A DNA stretch of 64,000 bases, taken from an uncultured Acidobacteriota bacterium (GTDB taxonomy: Bacteria > Acidobacteriota > UBA6911). The notes under the pieces were generated by a model. The model was given only the letters and a program-made list of their open reading frames with translations. It had not been told where the DNA came from and made no database searches. The translations under genes and the position numbers were made by a program. This document shows, one piece after another, positions 53,688 through 64,000 of this stretch (the stretch's first letter is position 1; each line of letters starts with the position of its first letter). Location of the stretch: positions 320,001 through 384,000 of the forward strand of contig CAWEJX010000004.1 in the NCBI GenBank assembly GCA_963809485.1. The letters are read 5' to 3'.

Positions 53688-55139
53688 TCATCCTTTCAGG
53701 TATCTGGCTGCATTCTCCCCCGCCACGCGGCCCGAGTTGACGGCAAATGCGGAAGTTATGCCGGAGGTATCCCTCATGCTGTAGCTCTCCGCGTGGAGTC
53801 CGCCCGCATCGAGCCCTGCGACGTAGAGGCCCGCTATCGGGGAGCCGTACTCATCAACCGCCTCGGTCCTGTCGTTGATTTTGACTCCTCCCATCGTCCC
53901 CAGGAAGCAGGTGCGCGCTTTGGCCGCATAGAATCGAGGCCCGTAGAGCGGTATGAGATACTCGCGATCCTTCGCAAATTCCTCGTCGTATCCTTGCGCA
54001 CAGAATGTGTTGTATCGATCGACCGTGGCCTTGAGCACCCGGGGATCCACCTCCATCTTTCGGGCAAGCTCCTCGATGGAGTCTGCGCCGAAGAACTCCT
54101 TCGATTTGAGGGAAAGGAAGTGCTCCAATTCTTCATCCAGAGTCATGGAGCTTGCTGCCGGGGGGCACGACCGTTCCCATGCCGCGGAAAACTCCCTTCT
54201 CGATAAAGTGCTTTTTGATCGTGTCGTCGAAGAGGCAGAAGGTGTATCCCTGTTTGTACCGGCTATTCACGTTGCCCAAAGAAGTATCGTAATAGGCGAT
54301 GCCCTCATCGCAGAACCTTTCGCCCTTTGGGATCCACCCACAACACCGGCTGGATGGCCGCTCCTTCCACGGCGTTCATGAAGGGGAACTCCGGCCCGAA
54401 CGGCGCCACGCGGATCAGGTGGAGCACGCCCATGCCTTCCGCAGCAGCACCCATCTCCCAGGCCATGCGGATGCCGTCGCCCATCTTGCCCACGTTTCCC
54501 ATGGGCATCACTGTCCGGCCCAGTTCGAGGCCGGTGTACTTCCTGATCCATTCCGCGTTGTTCGCATAGCCTCCGCTGGCGATCACTACGGCCCTGCAGG
54601 CCACGACGGTGTCTTTGCCGTCCAACTCGACGACAACGCCCGATGGCCCTTTCTTCCCCTTCAGTATCTGCTTAACCGGAGCGGCGGTTCTGATGGCGAC
54701 TCCCATCTCCTTCGGCTTTGAGCGCCAGCGCCTTGACCACAGCTTGTCCCTTGCCCTTGACTACATGGTAGGTCCGGGGCGCATCGGGCATATTGATGGT
54801 CACCTCAAGGAACTCCACACCCAGAGCTTTGAGCCAGTCGATGGTGTCGGCAGATCTGTTGATGAGAGACCGGACCAGCCGCGCATCGACGCGCCAGTGA
54901 TTGTATTCCATGAAGTTCCTGAAGGCCTGGTCACGCGAGTAGGCGATGTACTTCTCCTTTTGCATGGCGCTTCCGACAGCGAACATGCCTTCGAAGAAGT
55001 TCGAGGTCCCGCCGAGGGACGGCTGCTTTTCGAAAACGACTACCCTCGCGCCTCCTTGCGCTGCCTCAAGCGCTGCGGCGAGACCCGATACGCCCGAACC
55101 GACGACGACGACATCTGCTTCCATTGGCATTTCACTCAT
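53688..55139 (-). CDS. FAD-dependent oxidoreductase (flavocytochrome c/fumarate reductase flavoprotein-like), three +1 frameshifts
   Basis: DVVVVGSGVSG, GGTS, VVIASGG, GDG, RFCDE, TMGG, GLYVAG, SGRVAG spread over four reading segments; shifts at ~54713, ~54322, ~54147. Confidence 0.8.
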
Positions 55140-55981
55140 GGGGGCCTCCGGCTCGTTCTTTCACACTCCGCACAATACTGCTGATCACAGCGCCCGAGAC
55201 ATCAACGACCGCCGCGCCCCCGTCTACCGGGATAGCGGCTCCGGTGAGAAAGGATGAGTCATCGCTCGCAAGAAACGCGCAGATGCCGGCCATCTCGTCA
55301 GGATGCGCCACGCGGGTCAGGGGAACGTCCTTCATGAAGCGGGCAAAGATGTCTTCCACGTTCGTTCCGAGCATCTGTGCAAACGCCTCCATGTTTTCTG
55401 TGAACATGTCCGTTTTCGTGGCTCCCGGGCATACAACATTGCATCGCACGTTGTAGCGGCCATAGTCCAGCGCAGCCTGCTGGGTCAGGTTGATGAGCCC
55501 TCCCTTTGGTCGCGCAAAAACCGGGCATTCTCGGAGTTGCACCTCAAGCCGGCCAGTGAGGAGATGTTTATCACGGAGCCGCCACCCTGCCTTTATCATC
55601 TGGGGGATGCATGCCTTCATCATGAGGAACGGACCGGTGAGATTGACTTCAAGCATCCTTCTCCATTCCGCAACGTCCATGTCCACAACACCCGCGGGAG
55701 GATTCTGATCCATGGCCGCGTTGTTGACGAGCACGTGGAGACCTCCTTCAAAGGAAAGAGCCGTCTTCAGTATCCGTTCCACATCCTTTTCAATCGGACA
55801 CATCAGCGGAGCAGGTCTTTACCGAGCCCTCAGGCAGAGATTTCGCCACCTCATCGAGCATCTCCTGGCGGCGACCCGCGATACACACCCGTGCCCCGCA
55901 AGCGACGAAGCGCCGCGTGATGGCCGCTCCTATGCCGGTGCCGCCCCCCGTAACGATCGCAACCTTTCCTTTCAGATCCAC
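55132..55981 (-). CDS. SDR-family oxidoreductase with several frameshifts
   Basis: GTG start after GGAGG; VTGGGTGIG, ADVS, NNAA, INISS (alternative frame), VCPG, VDGG. Confidence 0.8.
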
Positions 55982-56224
55982 AGTCTTACCTCCAGAGGTA
56001 TGCGCATCCACCCGCGAATGCCCGGTGTTCCCCAAAGCTTCAGTCCTGAGATATTACAGCGAAAATGCGGCATCGATATGAAAATTCACATGGCGGTCCA
56101 GAGTTCTGGAGGCTTCGAGGAAGGAGATGTCAGCCCCGCAAAGGAATAACTGATTGTTTCCCGGGTAACCCCTGTTGTTCTGCGGCACCCTGGCCATATT
56201 GCGCACTCGGACCGCCGGCTCTCT

Positions 56225-57502
56225 TTACCGGACCACGAGATAATCCGAATCCTTTAGACGCGGCAGTACCGGAACCTTTTTGAAAACAGGATCAAATTCG
56301 AAATTTGATTTGCCAAGCCGGAAGAGCACGAGTTCTGCTATGATCAATCCCTTGAAATTCCCTTTGTAGCGGCTGTGAACCTGCGGTGCATTCAAAAGCA
56401 GCCGCGTAAAATCCAGATTATCCTCGCGGCATCCCGCATCCTCAAGTTCGGGGATCCGCTTACCTTCCGCATAAATAGCCTCTCCCCATTGCGGCGGGGT
56501 CAGCGATAACCTGGAAGCATCCCTTGTCATGTAAGTGGAACCCGCGAGACCCGACACGAGGCGGCGGGAGAGAGGACTGTCTTTGTAGGTTGAATCGCAG
56601 CTCCTGTCCCCTAATCCCAGCAGGATGGCTTTGGAGCTGACCAGTTGGAGATTGGCCCTGTCCGCAGAACCGTTGAGATTTTTGTAGGTGATGCCGCCCT
56701 GCAGAAATATGGGGCCGGTCGAATAAATTCGGCATCCGGTTTCGGTTGCAATAACCGGCTGTTTCAAAAACAGCGTTCCGCGCACCAGAAGATCTCCATC
56801 GCACGCCACATCCCCCGTGTTGGTGAAGAAGGCGGAACCGGAGCCAGGACCGATGCCGCTTAGCCCGGGAGAACTTTTGTCGGTTTTGATATACCTGGTC
56901 TTTCCCTCTGATCCGGGAACGATGCCGAAGCGCGCTTCCAGAGTTTCGGCATCGGCCGCACCGATAAAAACGCTTTTCTTTTCGATAACTGTGGCGGGGC
57001 TCTGTTTTTGTCTTTCCAATTCCCTCAGGTATTGAGCCAGAGACCTGGCTTGCAGCGCTCGTCCATATTCGCCCGGAAGCTTCGAACCTTCCGCGGCTAT
57101 ATTAAAGTCGAACGCAGCTCGGGGAACAATTACGTTCTTGCTTATTTCGGCCGTGGCCCATCCCGTTTTGTTGGGCGCTCCTCCGAAAAAATCGCCGTAG
57201 ATATGGCCATCAAAAGTGCCGAACTTGCCGCCTCCGGCTCGATTGCCAAAAAAGTACCGATCTCCACAGCCGAAATCGGCGATAACGCTCGAGCGGATCT
57301 TTGCATGGCATGCGATGCAGGTGGGAGTGCGGACCGCCAGCGCCGGTTCGTATTCAGCGATAGCCGGATTGAGTCGATTGCTTTTTGCCTTTTCCTGCGC
57401 GAAAGGGTGTTCGCTCAAAGCCAAAAAGCATGCCGAAGCAAACACAAGCGAAAGCAGCGAGATAAAGAGTTTGTTTGGTTTCGGCAGCTTGTTCATTTTC
57501 AT
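56225..57502 (-). CDS. Secreted hypothetical protein with one CxxCH motif
   Basis: Hydrophobic N-terminal signal; CIACH near the N-terminus; no family recognised. Confidence 0.7.
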   Translation of the reverse strand: MKMNKLPKPNKLFISLLSLVFASACFLALSEHPFAQEKAKSNRLNPAIAEYEPALAVRTPTCIACHAKIRSSVIADFGCGDRYFFGNRAGGGKFGTFDGHIYGDFFGGAPNKTGWATAEISKNVIVPRAAFDFNIAAEGSKLPGEYGRALQARSLAQYLRELERQKQSPATVIEKKSVFIGAADAETLEARFGIVPGSEGKTRYIKTDKSSPGLSGIGPGSGSAFFTNTGDVACDGDLLVRGTLFLKQPVIATETGCRIYSTGPIFLQGGITYKNLNGSADRANLQLVSSKAILLGLGDRSCDSTYKDSPLSRRLVSGLAGSTYMTRDASRLSLTPPQWGEAIYAEGKRIPELEDAGCREDNLDFTRLLLNAPQVHSRYKGNFKGLIIAELVLFRLGKSNFEFDPVFKKVPVLPRLKDSDYLVVR

Positions 57503-57842
57503 AATTTGGATCTCCGATTCGCAAGCGAGAGCACCTTAACATGAATCCGCCCGATGTGCAGCGCATTTGCACAGAAATCGCCAATTCTTGTCCCCATATC
57601 TGAAGCAGGCACGATCCGGATCTGTATCCGGGGCGCTCCGGCGGCCGATGGCCAGAATAATTCCGAGGCTGTATACCAAAGCGCTTTTTATAGAAATCCG
57701 TCGTTTATCTGGCATCAGGATTCATTGCTTCCGGCAATGTCGTTCCTGAAAAGTTGAGTTTCATTGGATTCAGATCTCCTGACACACTCCTATGAAGATA
57801 TGTCCGCCTTTCTGCGAAACGCCTAACGCCGCATAATGGGTT

Positions 57843-58024
57843 TGCCGCGTAGCAGCAGCATGATCTTAGCCGGGCCTTTTAAGGCCCGGACAACGATTTG
57901 AAATAGAATCCGTCGCGTCAGCGACGGTTGAATTCAAGCGTCGCTGACGCGACGCATCCTGCTCATCGGTCACAATGCCGGCCTTAAAAGGCCGGCCCAA
58001 ATTCAATGGGCCGCTACGCGGCCG
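57843..58024. repeat. REP-like palindrome cluster homologous to the core of 34446-34754
   Basis: Same order of motifs: TGCCGCGTAGC, TTAGCCGGGCCTTTTAAGGCCCGG, CGTCGCGTCAGCGACG, CGTCGCTGACGCGACG, CCGGCCTTAAAAGGCCGG, AAATTCA, GGCCGCTACGCGGCC. Confidence 0.8.
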
Positions 58025-58295
58025 AGCGAGATATCGGTGCTACCCGCGAAAAAAAGCGGACAGGTTTTTGTCCGCACCCATGCCCGATGGATTGCAGGTT
58101 TGCTCAATTTTTGGCAGAGTATGTTAGGAGATCAGGCTCTCCTGCAGCAGGCATCCAATGGCCGAATTGGAGTCTTGGATAGGCACTGCGAATATATCAA
58201 TTGTGCAGATGTTATCTTTTGTTGACGACGGCTAAATGCTAGAATCGCTGCCACGCAGTCAGAAGTTTTGTTGAGCACAATCAAATGGAGACTAC

Positions 58296-58574
58296 GGCAT
58301 GTGCGCGGCAATGTTTCCGGGGGCTTTTGATGCCCTGGAAGCGGTGCAGAAGTGGGTCGAGGAAGGCGTTGCGCCGGATCAAATCAAGGCTACCTATGCC
58401 GAACAGGGCCGCCAATTTCGAGAGCGGGCGGGCATGCAAGATACACCCCAATCCAGGAGTCGGATCCTCAAGACACGGCCGGTGTGCCCCTTTCCGCAGG
58501 TGGCGAATTACAGGGGGAGCGGCGATACGAACGACGCAGCAAATTTTACATGCGGCAATCCGACCCGGAGATAG
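58296..58574 (+). pseudogene. C-terminal remnant of a tannase/feruloyl-esterase-family protein
   Basis: FDALEAVQKWVEEGVAPDQI...TRPVCPFPQVANYRGSGDTNDAANFTC. Confidence 0.75.
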
Positions 58575-58722
58575 TCGGGATGGAGGAGCCGGAAGTCGGC
58601 ACTCAAAAGTCATCCATCCCGCGAATGCACAGCCAATGCTGCATTAATTTTATAGCGGCGAAGCCACAGGAGTGTGGCAGCTTGCAGCCACCTTAACTCA
58701 TATCCCAATATTGAGGATAGCC

Positions 58723-59370
58723 ATGAAAGACTACGAATATCACCGCATCGGAGAACTGGCAAAGCAGCTGGAGCAAGCAGAAGTTGAATCGGGCATAATC
58801 GACCAGATTATGGAGGGTGGGAAAGATATCCTGCGCAAAACCAGCCCCGAGAAAAAGGCTGACTGGATGCGGGGAGCGATGCTCCGCATGAATAAGCTCC
58901 TCCCCATGACGATCCGGAAAGCTGTGCGTGAAGGCTGTGCCTGCTGCCTGGGCGGGAAGCGTATAAAGACATCCCAAAAAATCGCATCCGAGAACGCTAC
59001 ACTTGAAGAAAGAATCAAAGCAGCCAATGCTGCCAATTACTTGGGCAGCATCACACTGCTTACAGACGGAGAAATTGTCGCGCGCTTTAATCTGCAAACT
59101 GAGCCGCCTTACCGGTGCTACTGTCTGCCCCAAGCGAAAAAACCGCTGCCGATTACCTACTGCTTTTGCTGCGGCGGCCATGTGAAGCATCATCTGCAGA
59201 TAGCCCTTGGACGGGAACTGGATTGCACCACAATATCCTCCGCCCTATCCAGCGGGTGGCAAAAAACCTGCGCCTTTAGCTTTAAAATAAGGGGTGAGAA
59301 CCGGTATGAAAAACTACGAGTATCACCACATCGGAGAGTTGGCGACGCAGCTGGAAAAAGCCGGGATTAA
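58723..59370 (+). CDS. Cys-rich hypothetical protein (DUF6144-like), copy 1; true end probably ~59297
   Basis: CACC, CYC, TYCFCCGGH; GAGG RBS; as sequenced it overruns the next start by 65 nt. Confidence 0.7.
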   Translation: MKDYEYHRIGELAKQLEQAEVESGIIDQIMEGGKDILRKTSPEKKADWMRGAMLRMNKLLPMTIRKAVREGCACCLGGKRIKTSQKIASENATLEERIKAANAANYLGSITLLTDGEIVARFNLQTEPPYRCYCLPQAKKPLPITYCFCCGGHVKHHLQIALGRELDCTTISSALSSGWQKTCAFSFKIRGENRYEKLRVSPHRRVGDAAGKSRD

Positions 59371-59887
59371 GCGGGACATAATCGACAAAATAATGCAGGG
59401 CGGCGAAAATATTCTCCGGAAAACCAGTCCCAGAGAAAAAGCCGACTGGATGCGGGAAGCCATGCTCCGCATGAACAAGCTCCTCGACCTTAAGACCCGC
59501 AAGGCCGTCCGCGAAGCCTGTGCCTGCCGCTTGACCGGCCGGCCCTTAAAGGCCTCTCAGGCAATTGCCAGAGAGAACAAGTCTCTGGAAGACAGGATTA
59601 AGGCCGCCAACAAGGCAATTGCAGTTTTCGGGGGTTGTGTCAGGATGCAGGAAAACGGCGAAATCCTGATGCGTTTTGCCTCTGAAGGCCTTGACCATTA
59701 CCACTGCGCATGCCTCCGCGGAGCTGCTAAACCGTTGCCTGTCACCTACTGCTTTTGCTGCGGCGGCCATGTCAAGTACCATCTCCAGATCTCTCTCGGC
59801 CTTGATCTGGACTACACCATCCGTTCCACTGCCCTTTCCAGCGGTGGCAAGTTGCCCTGTACGTTCAGCCTCCGGATAAAAGATTAG
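59306..59887 (+). CDS. Cys-rich hypothetical protein (DUF6144-like), copy 2
   Basis: Tandem paralog: MKNYEYHHIGELA, CAC, CAC, TYCFCCGGH. Confidence 0.75.
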   Translation: MKNYEYHHIGELATQLEKAGIKRDIIDKIMQGGENILRKTSPREKADWMREAMLRMNKLLDLKTRKAVREACACRLTGRPLKASQAIARENKSLEDRIKAANKAIAVFGGCVRMQENGEILMRFASEGLDHYHCACLRGAAKPLPVTYCFCCGGHVKYHLQISLGLDLDYTIRSTALSSGGKLPCTFSLRIKD

Positions 59888-60248
59888 GGCAATGAAAAAT
59901 GCTAAAAGCTCCCTGCATCCCCATCATCGCCCCAAAAGGTGAGTGTCAACATTGTCTCCGGTGTCGCCGGAAGCCCATATTCTTTTTGGGATTTGGCGAA
60001 CATCTATTTCGATACAAGCTTTTCGCGCTACGCGGCTATGTTTCGCGGTAGGTTTGCGGCAGGTCAATTTTCGAGCCTCATTCAATAGCTGCGTGACTCG
60101 AGATTCAGGGGCTTTTGACATCGTCCGGCGAGCGTTTGCAGGGAATCGTGCAAAACAGGGTGCACTGCTTTATGGTGGAGATGAAACCTATTCACGAGAA
60201 GACGTAACCATCACAAGCTGGCGCAAAGACCCCTTCCCTTTAACCGGT

Positions 60249-60896
60249 CTATTTCAGGCGGTCAGCTATTTCATCGAGTTTTTCCTCTATGAACATTTGT
60301 GCTTTTAACAAATCTCTATCGTTGGGTCTGTCTGTGATATCTCCATGGAAAGTCCTGGGCATAGGATCATCAACATATTTGCCCGGGCAGCAAAAATGAC
60401 CGATGAACTGAAAACCGATATGCTCGAGTTCCAGCTCCAGCAGTTGTACCGCGGGTAGCGCTTCTTTAGGGCCGAATTCATACCCTGCGTAAGTGATAAA
60501 GACTACTGCCCGCGGGGCATCAGGACCCAGAATGATTTTATGATGGTCGAGCTTCGCTTTTCTATTCGGAGGGAGTTCAGGGATTGGTTCTGTAATATAG
60601 GGAATCGTCTCATCCCTGAAGCGTAATGTTATTCGGGGATCAAAGCCCGTCCTGAATCCCCTTAACATATTCAGGATTTCATTGTAAGGCAAATGCGCCC
60701 GGAGGCCGGAGCCGGCGCAGACGAAATCATAAGAACGTATATCGAAAGGAGGGCGGAGAATATCGTCAGCCTGTTTACGAACTTTAAAAATATCGCATTG
60801 CCAGCCGTTTCGCTCGAATGTCTCTTTGATGCTAAAAGCTACCTTTTCCGTATTTCCGGTGTAAGAAGAATACGTGACCAAACATCGCTTAACCAT
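60249..60896 (-). CDS. Flavodoxin-fold protein
   Basis: YSSYTGNTEKVA FMN-binding motif; C-terminal RPNDRDL. Confidence 0.8.
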   Translation of the reverse strand: MVKRCLVTYSSYTGNTEKVAFSIKETFERNGWQCDIFKVRKQADDILRPPFDIRSYDFVCAGSGLRAHLPYNEILNMLRGFRTGFDPRITLRFRDETIPYITEPIPELPPNRKAKLDHHKIILGPDAPRAVVFITYAGYEFGPKEALPAVQLLELELEHIGFQFIGHFCCPGKYVDDPMPRTFHGDITDRPNDRDLLKAQMFIEEKLDEIADRLK

Positions 60897-60935
60897 TTTA
60901 GCCTCGTCTTTCCTTTATCGCATGGATGGGAGATT

Positions 60936-61027
60936 TGAAGGGGGACAGTCACCCGTGTCCCCCATGGAACGCGGGAATGCATTTGTACTTCTCCTCTACG
61001 GGGGACACTGGTGACCGTCCCCCTTCA
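60936..61027. repeat. Inverted doublet of REP-like 28-mers
   Basis: TGAAGGGGGACAGTCACCCGTGTCCCCC and its reverse complement at 61000-61027 (26/28 identical). Confidence 0.75.
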
Positions 61028-61062
61028 TCACCAACTTCACACCCTCTTAAACCGACCAATTC

Positions 61063-62775
61063 CTAACTCCAGGGCTTCATCGCGGCTGCATTTCTGCCGG
61101 CGATCCGCCCAAATGCGCTTGCTTCCCCAATGTTGCCGCCTGTGACACTATAGGTTCTGCCATAGATTGAACCCAATTCACCAGCTGAGAATAACCTCGG
61201 AATAGGGACAAGCTCCGGATTTAATATTTCTGCACTTGCAGAACGACGGGGACCACCATGGGTACAGACACCGCCCGGAACTTTTGGGAAGGCATAATAC
61301 GGCGGAGCGCTCACGGGAAGCATGCTTGATACCGGCCGGCCGAAATCATCGTCCTGTTTTTTTGTGCAGAGTTCATTGTACCGATTCACAGAAGCCGCCA
61401 GATTTACCCCATCCATTCTCTTCCCGAATTCATTCTTCTTTATATTCGCTGCCAGCTCTTCAATAGTGCTCCCGGAGCGGATCCATCTCCTGTCAAGTTC
61501 TTCGACGTTATCATGGCTCCACCCATCAAATCCGCCCAGATCCGCAGGCATGATATTAAGTCCACGCTGTCCTTTCGAACCTCTTACGGAGCCCAGCGGG
61601 CCTGCCTTAAAGCCAACGGAATCGAAGATCAGCCAGTAGGGCGTGCGGGCATATGCGCATTCCTGTTCGTCCCAACCAAAAAATTGCCAAAATCCCGTGT
61701 GCGGATTATTCGCTAAAGGGTTTTTTTCATTCATAAACCTTCTGCCCAGACTATCTACATAAAGGTAATTATCACTCTTTGGCTGAAGTTGAATTTGAAA
61801 GCCGTAGCTTGGGTCGATATCCCTGAACAGAGCATTACTCGCTCCGCACATGGCATCCATATGCCACAAGTCGGCACCTGCTTTTTGTGCCATCTTGATG
61901 CCGTCGCCAGTATTGTATCGCCAGCCGTAGAATGCCGTAGGATAGGCTTTGTGGAATTGCCTCTTCATTTCTTCGTTATGCTCGAAGCCTCCTGTGCTCA
62001 TTACGACTCCCCGCTTTGCTTTGACCGCAACGATTTTCCCCTTCTTCTCCTTTCCCCATGTGCCGGATACCTCCTGCCCATATAAACCTAGAATCTCTTT
62101 GGTAGCGGGATCCTGAATTAACTCCCTTCCGGGTGTACCAAACATAATCTGGATTTTTCTGTCATGCACGTGCTTATCCAACTGTGCAAAAAGTCCGGCA
62201 CCCTGTCCTTCCGTCTGATAAAGCACCATGGAGGAAAAATATGGCAGCTTTGGATATCCCGCAATATTTTTGGCTATCGTGTATTTGACTCCCAGGCTGT
62301 CATAAAATGCCCTGTTTTTGCATACTTCCTCAGCCCAGGCTTGTATAACATCCAGCGGGGTATAATCTTCGCTACCCGCCTTCAGATATTCGATGGCGTG
62401 TTGTACATTTGTCGGGCAGACCCATTGTCCCAAACACATCCCCGTGTTGCCGCCGCCGCGGTAGGGCGCTTTTTCCATTATGATGACCCTGGCGCCTGCA
62501 TCGTGCGCCGTAATTGCAGCGCAAGCTCCGGCACCTCCATATCCTACGACCACAACATCCGCCTCGTAGTCCCATTTAGCTGGAAGCCATGGACCTGTCC
62601 TGATAGTTTTTGTCGTGGTTGCCGTTGCTCCAGCCGCCCTTGATTTTTGAGGCACCGCTCTCACACCTGTTGCACAGGCTCCTACGGCACCGGCCGCAAG
62701 CACGGATTTGCCAGCAGCCAGAAAATCGCGCCTTGAAACAAGCCCATTACCGTTTTTCATTCTCTTGTCTTTCAT
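61063..62775 (-). CDS. Tat-exported FAD-binding dehydrogenase (3-ketosteroid dehydrogenase/fumarate reductase-like)
   Basis: SRRDFL; DVVVVGYGGAG; GGNT; STGGFE; NTGDG; RRFMNE; THGG; FSAGE; FGRIAG. Confidence 0.88.
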   Translation of the reverse strand: MKDKRMKNGNGLVSRRDFLAAGKSVLAAGAVGACATGVRAVPQKSRAAGATATTTKTIRTGPWLPAKWDYEADVVVVGYGGAGACAAITAHDAGARVIIMEKAPYRGGGNTGMCLGQWVCPTNVQHAIEYLKAGSEDYTPLDVIQAWAEEVCKNRAFYDSLGVKYTIAKNIAGYPKLPYFSSMVLYQTEGQGAGLFAQLDKHVHDRKIQIMFGTPGRELIQDPATKEILGLYGQEVSGTWGKEKKGKIVAVKAKRGVVMSTGGFEHNEEMKRQFHKAYPTAFYGWRYNTGDGIKMAQKAGADLWHMDAMCGASNALFRDIDPSYGFQIQLQPKSDNYLYVDSLGRRFMNEKNPLANNPHTGFWQFFGWDEQECAYARTPYWLIFDSVGFKAGPLGSVRGSKGQRGLNIMPADLGGFDGWSHDNVEELDRRWIRSGSTIEELAANIKKNEFGKRMDGVNLAASVNRYNELCTKKQDDDFGRPVSSMLPVSAPPYYAFPKVPGGVCTHGGPRRSASAEILNPELVPIPRLFSAGELGSIYGRTYSVTGGNIGEASAFGRIAGRNAAAMKPWS

Positions 62776-63296
62776 AGTTTCCCGCCTCTCCATCCGCATT
62801 AGTAAAGGTGAAATATTCCCCCTCCAGGATTAAGGGTCCTCTCTTCAGTATCGGGCAGCCCTTTCAATTTCTGATCTACATCCCAATCCTACAACCGACG
62901 CAAGCCGGCTGGAAAAGGAAATACGTGCAAATTCCTCGTATAATCTTTCAAGTTTCGTCCCATGCTTCTCGTCATTGATGAAGCGCATTGCGTCAGCCAG
63001 TGGGGCTATGATTTCCGCCCCTCATATCTGGTGTTGTCCAATGTCGTATTATTGGAAGTAGAACATGGCGGGCAACAGATTTAATTGCCGGTGTGACATT
63101 CGAGCCAAAGCATTTCCGGCGCATCTGCCTCAAAACGCTGAAACCATGAGGGTTGTTGAGCGTCCGGAGCGGGGATCGCCTCAAAGCTGCAGCCGGCGGA
63201 ACAGACTCCCTTTCCGGCGATGGCACAAGGTCGCTTCATCGGCCTAATATTGCTAAAATGCATTTGGCGGGCGGAAGAGACGTGGGAGGCATTCCT

Positions 63297-64000
63297 ATGA
63301 AGCGCCACATCTATTTATACCTGTTTGTGTGTTTGCTTGCGGCTTTTACACTCACATCGGTTCGGGCGAGTGCACAGCAATCTTGCGAGAGCTTAACCTC
63401 CGTCCGGATGCCCCATGGGACTGTTACCTCAGCTACAGCCATCACTCCACCGTGGGAGATCCCTCCCACTTCAGGCACGTTCGGCACGCCCGCAGGGCAA
63501 ATGGTAAACGTCTCCTTTTGCAGAGTTGAGGGTTTTTCTGCTCCAACCAGTGATTCTCATATTGGATTCGAAGTATGGCTTCCCCTTGCCGCAGAATGGA
63601 ACGGGAAGCTTCTCGCTGTGGGCAATCCCGGATTTATCGGCGGCGTTTCCCGGGGCGCCCTTTCAGGCATCGTTCAGAGGGGATATGTCGCCGTATCCAC
63701 CGACACCGGACACACCGAAGAGGGATACTTTTGGGCTGTGGGGCATCCGGAAAAGCTCATCGATTGGGGCTCCCGGGCGGTTCATGAGACGGTTATGGCA
63801 GCCAAACAGCTTATTCAAAGCTATTACGGAAAGCCCGTTCGGTATTCTTACTGGAGCAGTTGCCATAATGGCGGCAACCAGGGTCTCAATGAGGCGCAGC
63901 GTTACCCGGATGATTTTAACGGCATTGTTGCCGGCGATCCCGCTTATTACGTTTCCCGTCTGCAGGCAGGTTCGCTGTACATTGGCTGGGTATCCCTGAA
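63297..64000 (+). CDS. Secreted tannase/feruloyl-esterase-family protein (partial, runs off the window; absent from the ORF track)
   Basis: GGGAGG RBS; MKRHIYLYLFVCLLAAF...; FCRV, FEVWLP, WNGK, STDTGH, YSYWSSCHNGG, AQRYPDDFNGIVAG. Confidence 0.85.
   Translation, partial: MKRHIYLYLFVCLLAAFTLTSVRASAQQSCESLTSVRMPHGTVTSATAITPPWEIPPTSGTFGTPAGQMVNVSFCRVEGFSAPTSDSHIGFEVWLPLAAEWNGKLLAVGNPGFIGGVSRGALSGIVQRGYVAVSTDTGHTEEGYFWAVGHPEKLIDWGSRAVHETVMAAKQLIQSYYGKPVRYSYWSSCHNGGNQGLNEAQRYPDDFNGIVAGDPAYYVSRLQAGSLYIGWVSL

Noticed and set aside
1-64000. tRNA-Sec, selA/B/D, other tRNA or rRNA genes
   Set aside because: None recognised in this window; the Sec machinery must lie elsewhere if the selenoprotein call is right.

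Overview
Bacterial DNA, probably from an anaerobic Acidobacteriota-like organism (inferred from the TPR-Ser/Thr kinase with a '[11 protein letters not shown]' tail and the Oar-type TonB receptor). The window is dominated by exported redox and hydrolytic enzymes: two divergent molybdopterin (CISM) operons, a Tat-exported xanthine-dehydrogenase-family enzyme, an AprAB-like flavoprotein/ferredoxin pair, an octaheme cytochrome, two sulfatases and several esterases. Main discovery: four ORF pairs that the ORF track splits at a TGA are best read as single selenoprotein genes, each a UGSC-type N-terminal domain fused to a ~440-aa uncharacterised domain. One (5565-7310) is a predicted lipoprotein with a U-x-x-C motif. 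Three form a tandem array (21821-28040) of signal-peptide proteins with a non-canonical W-U-G-A-A-T motif lacking the resolving Cys, followed by an invariant fdhF-like SECIS hairpin. Other points: an IS4/DUF4338 element inserted into an IS200-like hairpin with a 9-bp duplication, a TIR-bounded REP-carrying MITE, a tannase-like protein whose nucleophile Ser is replaced by His, several gene remnants, and many +1 frameshifts that are probably sequencing errors. All family calls come from motif recognition by eye; no searches were run.
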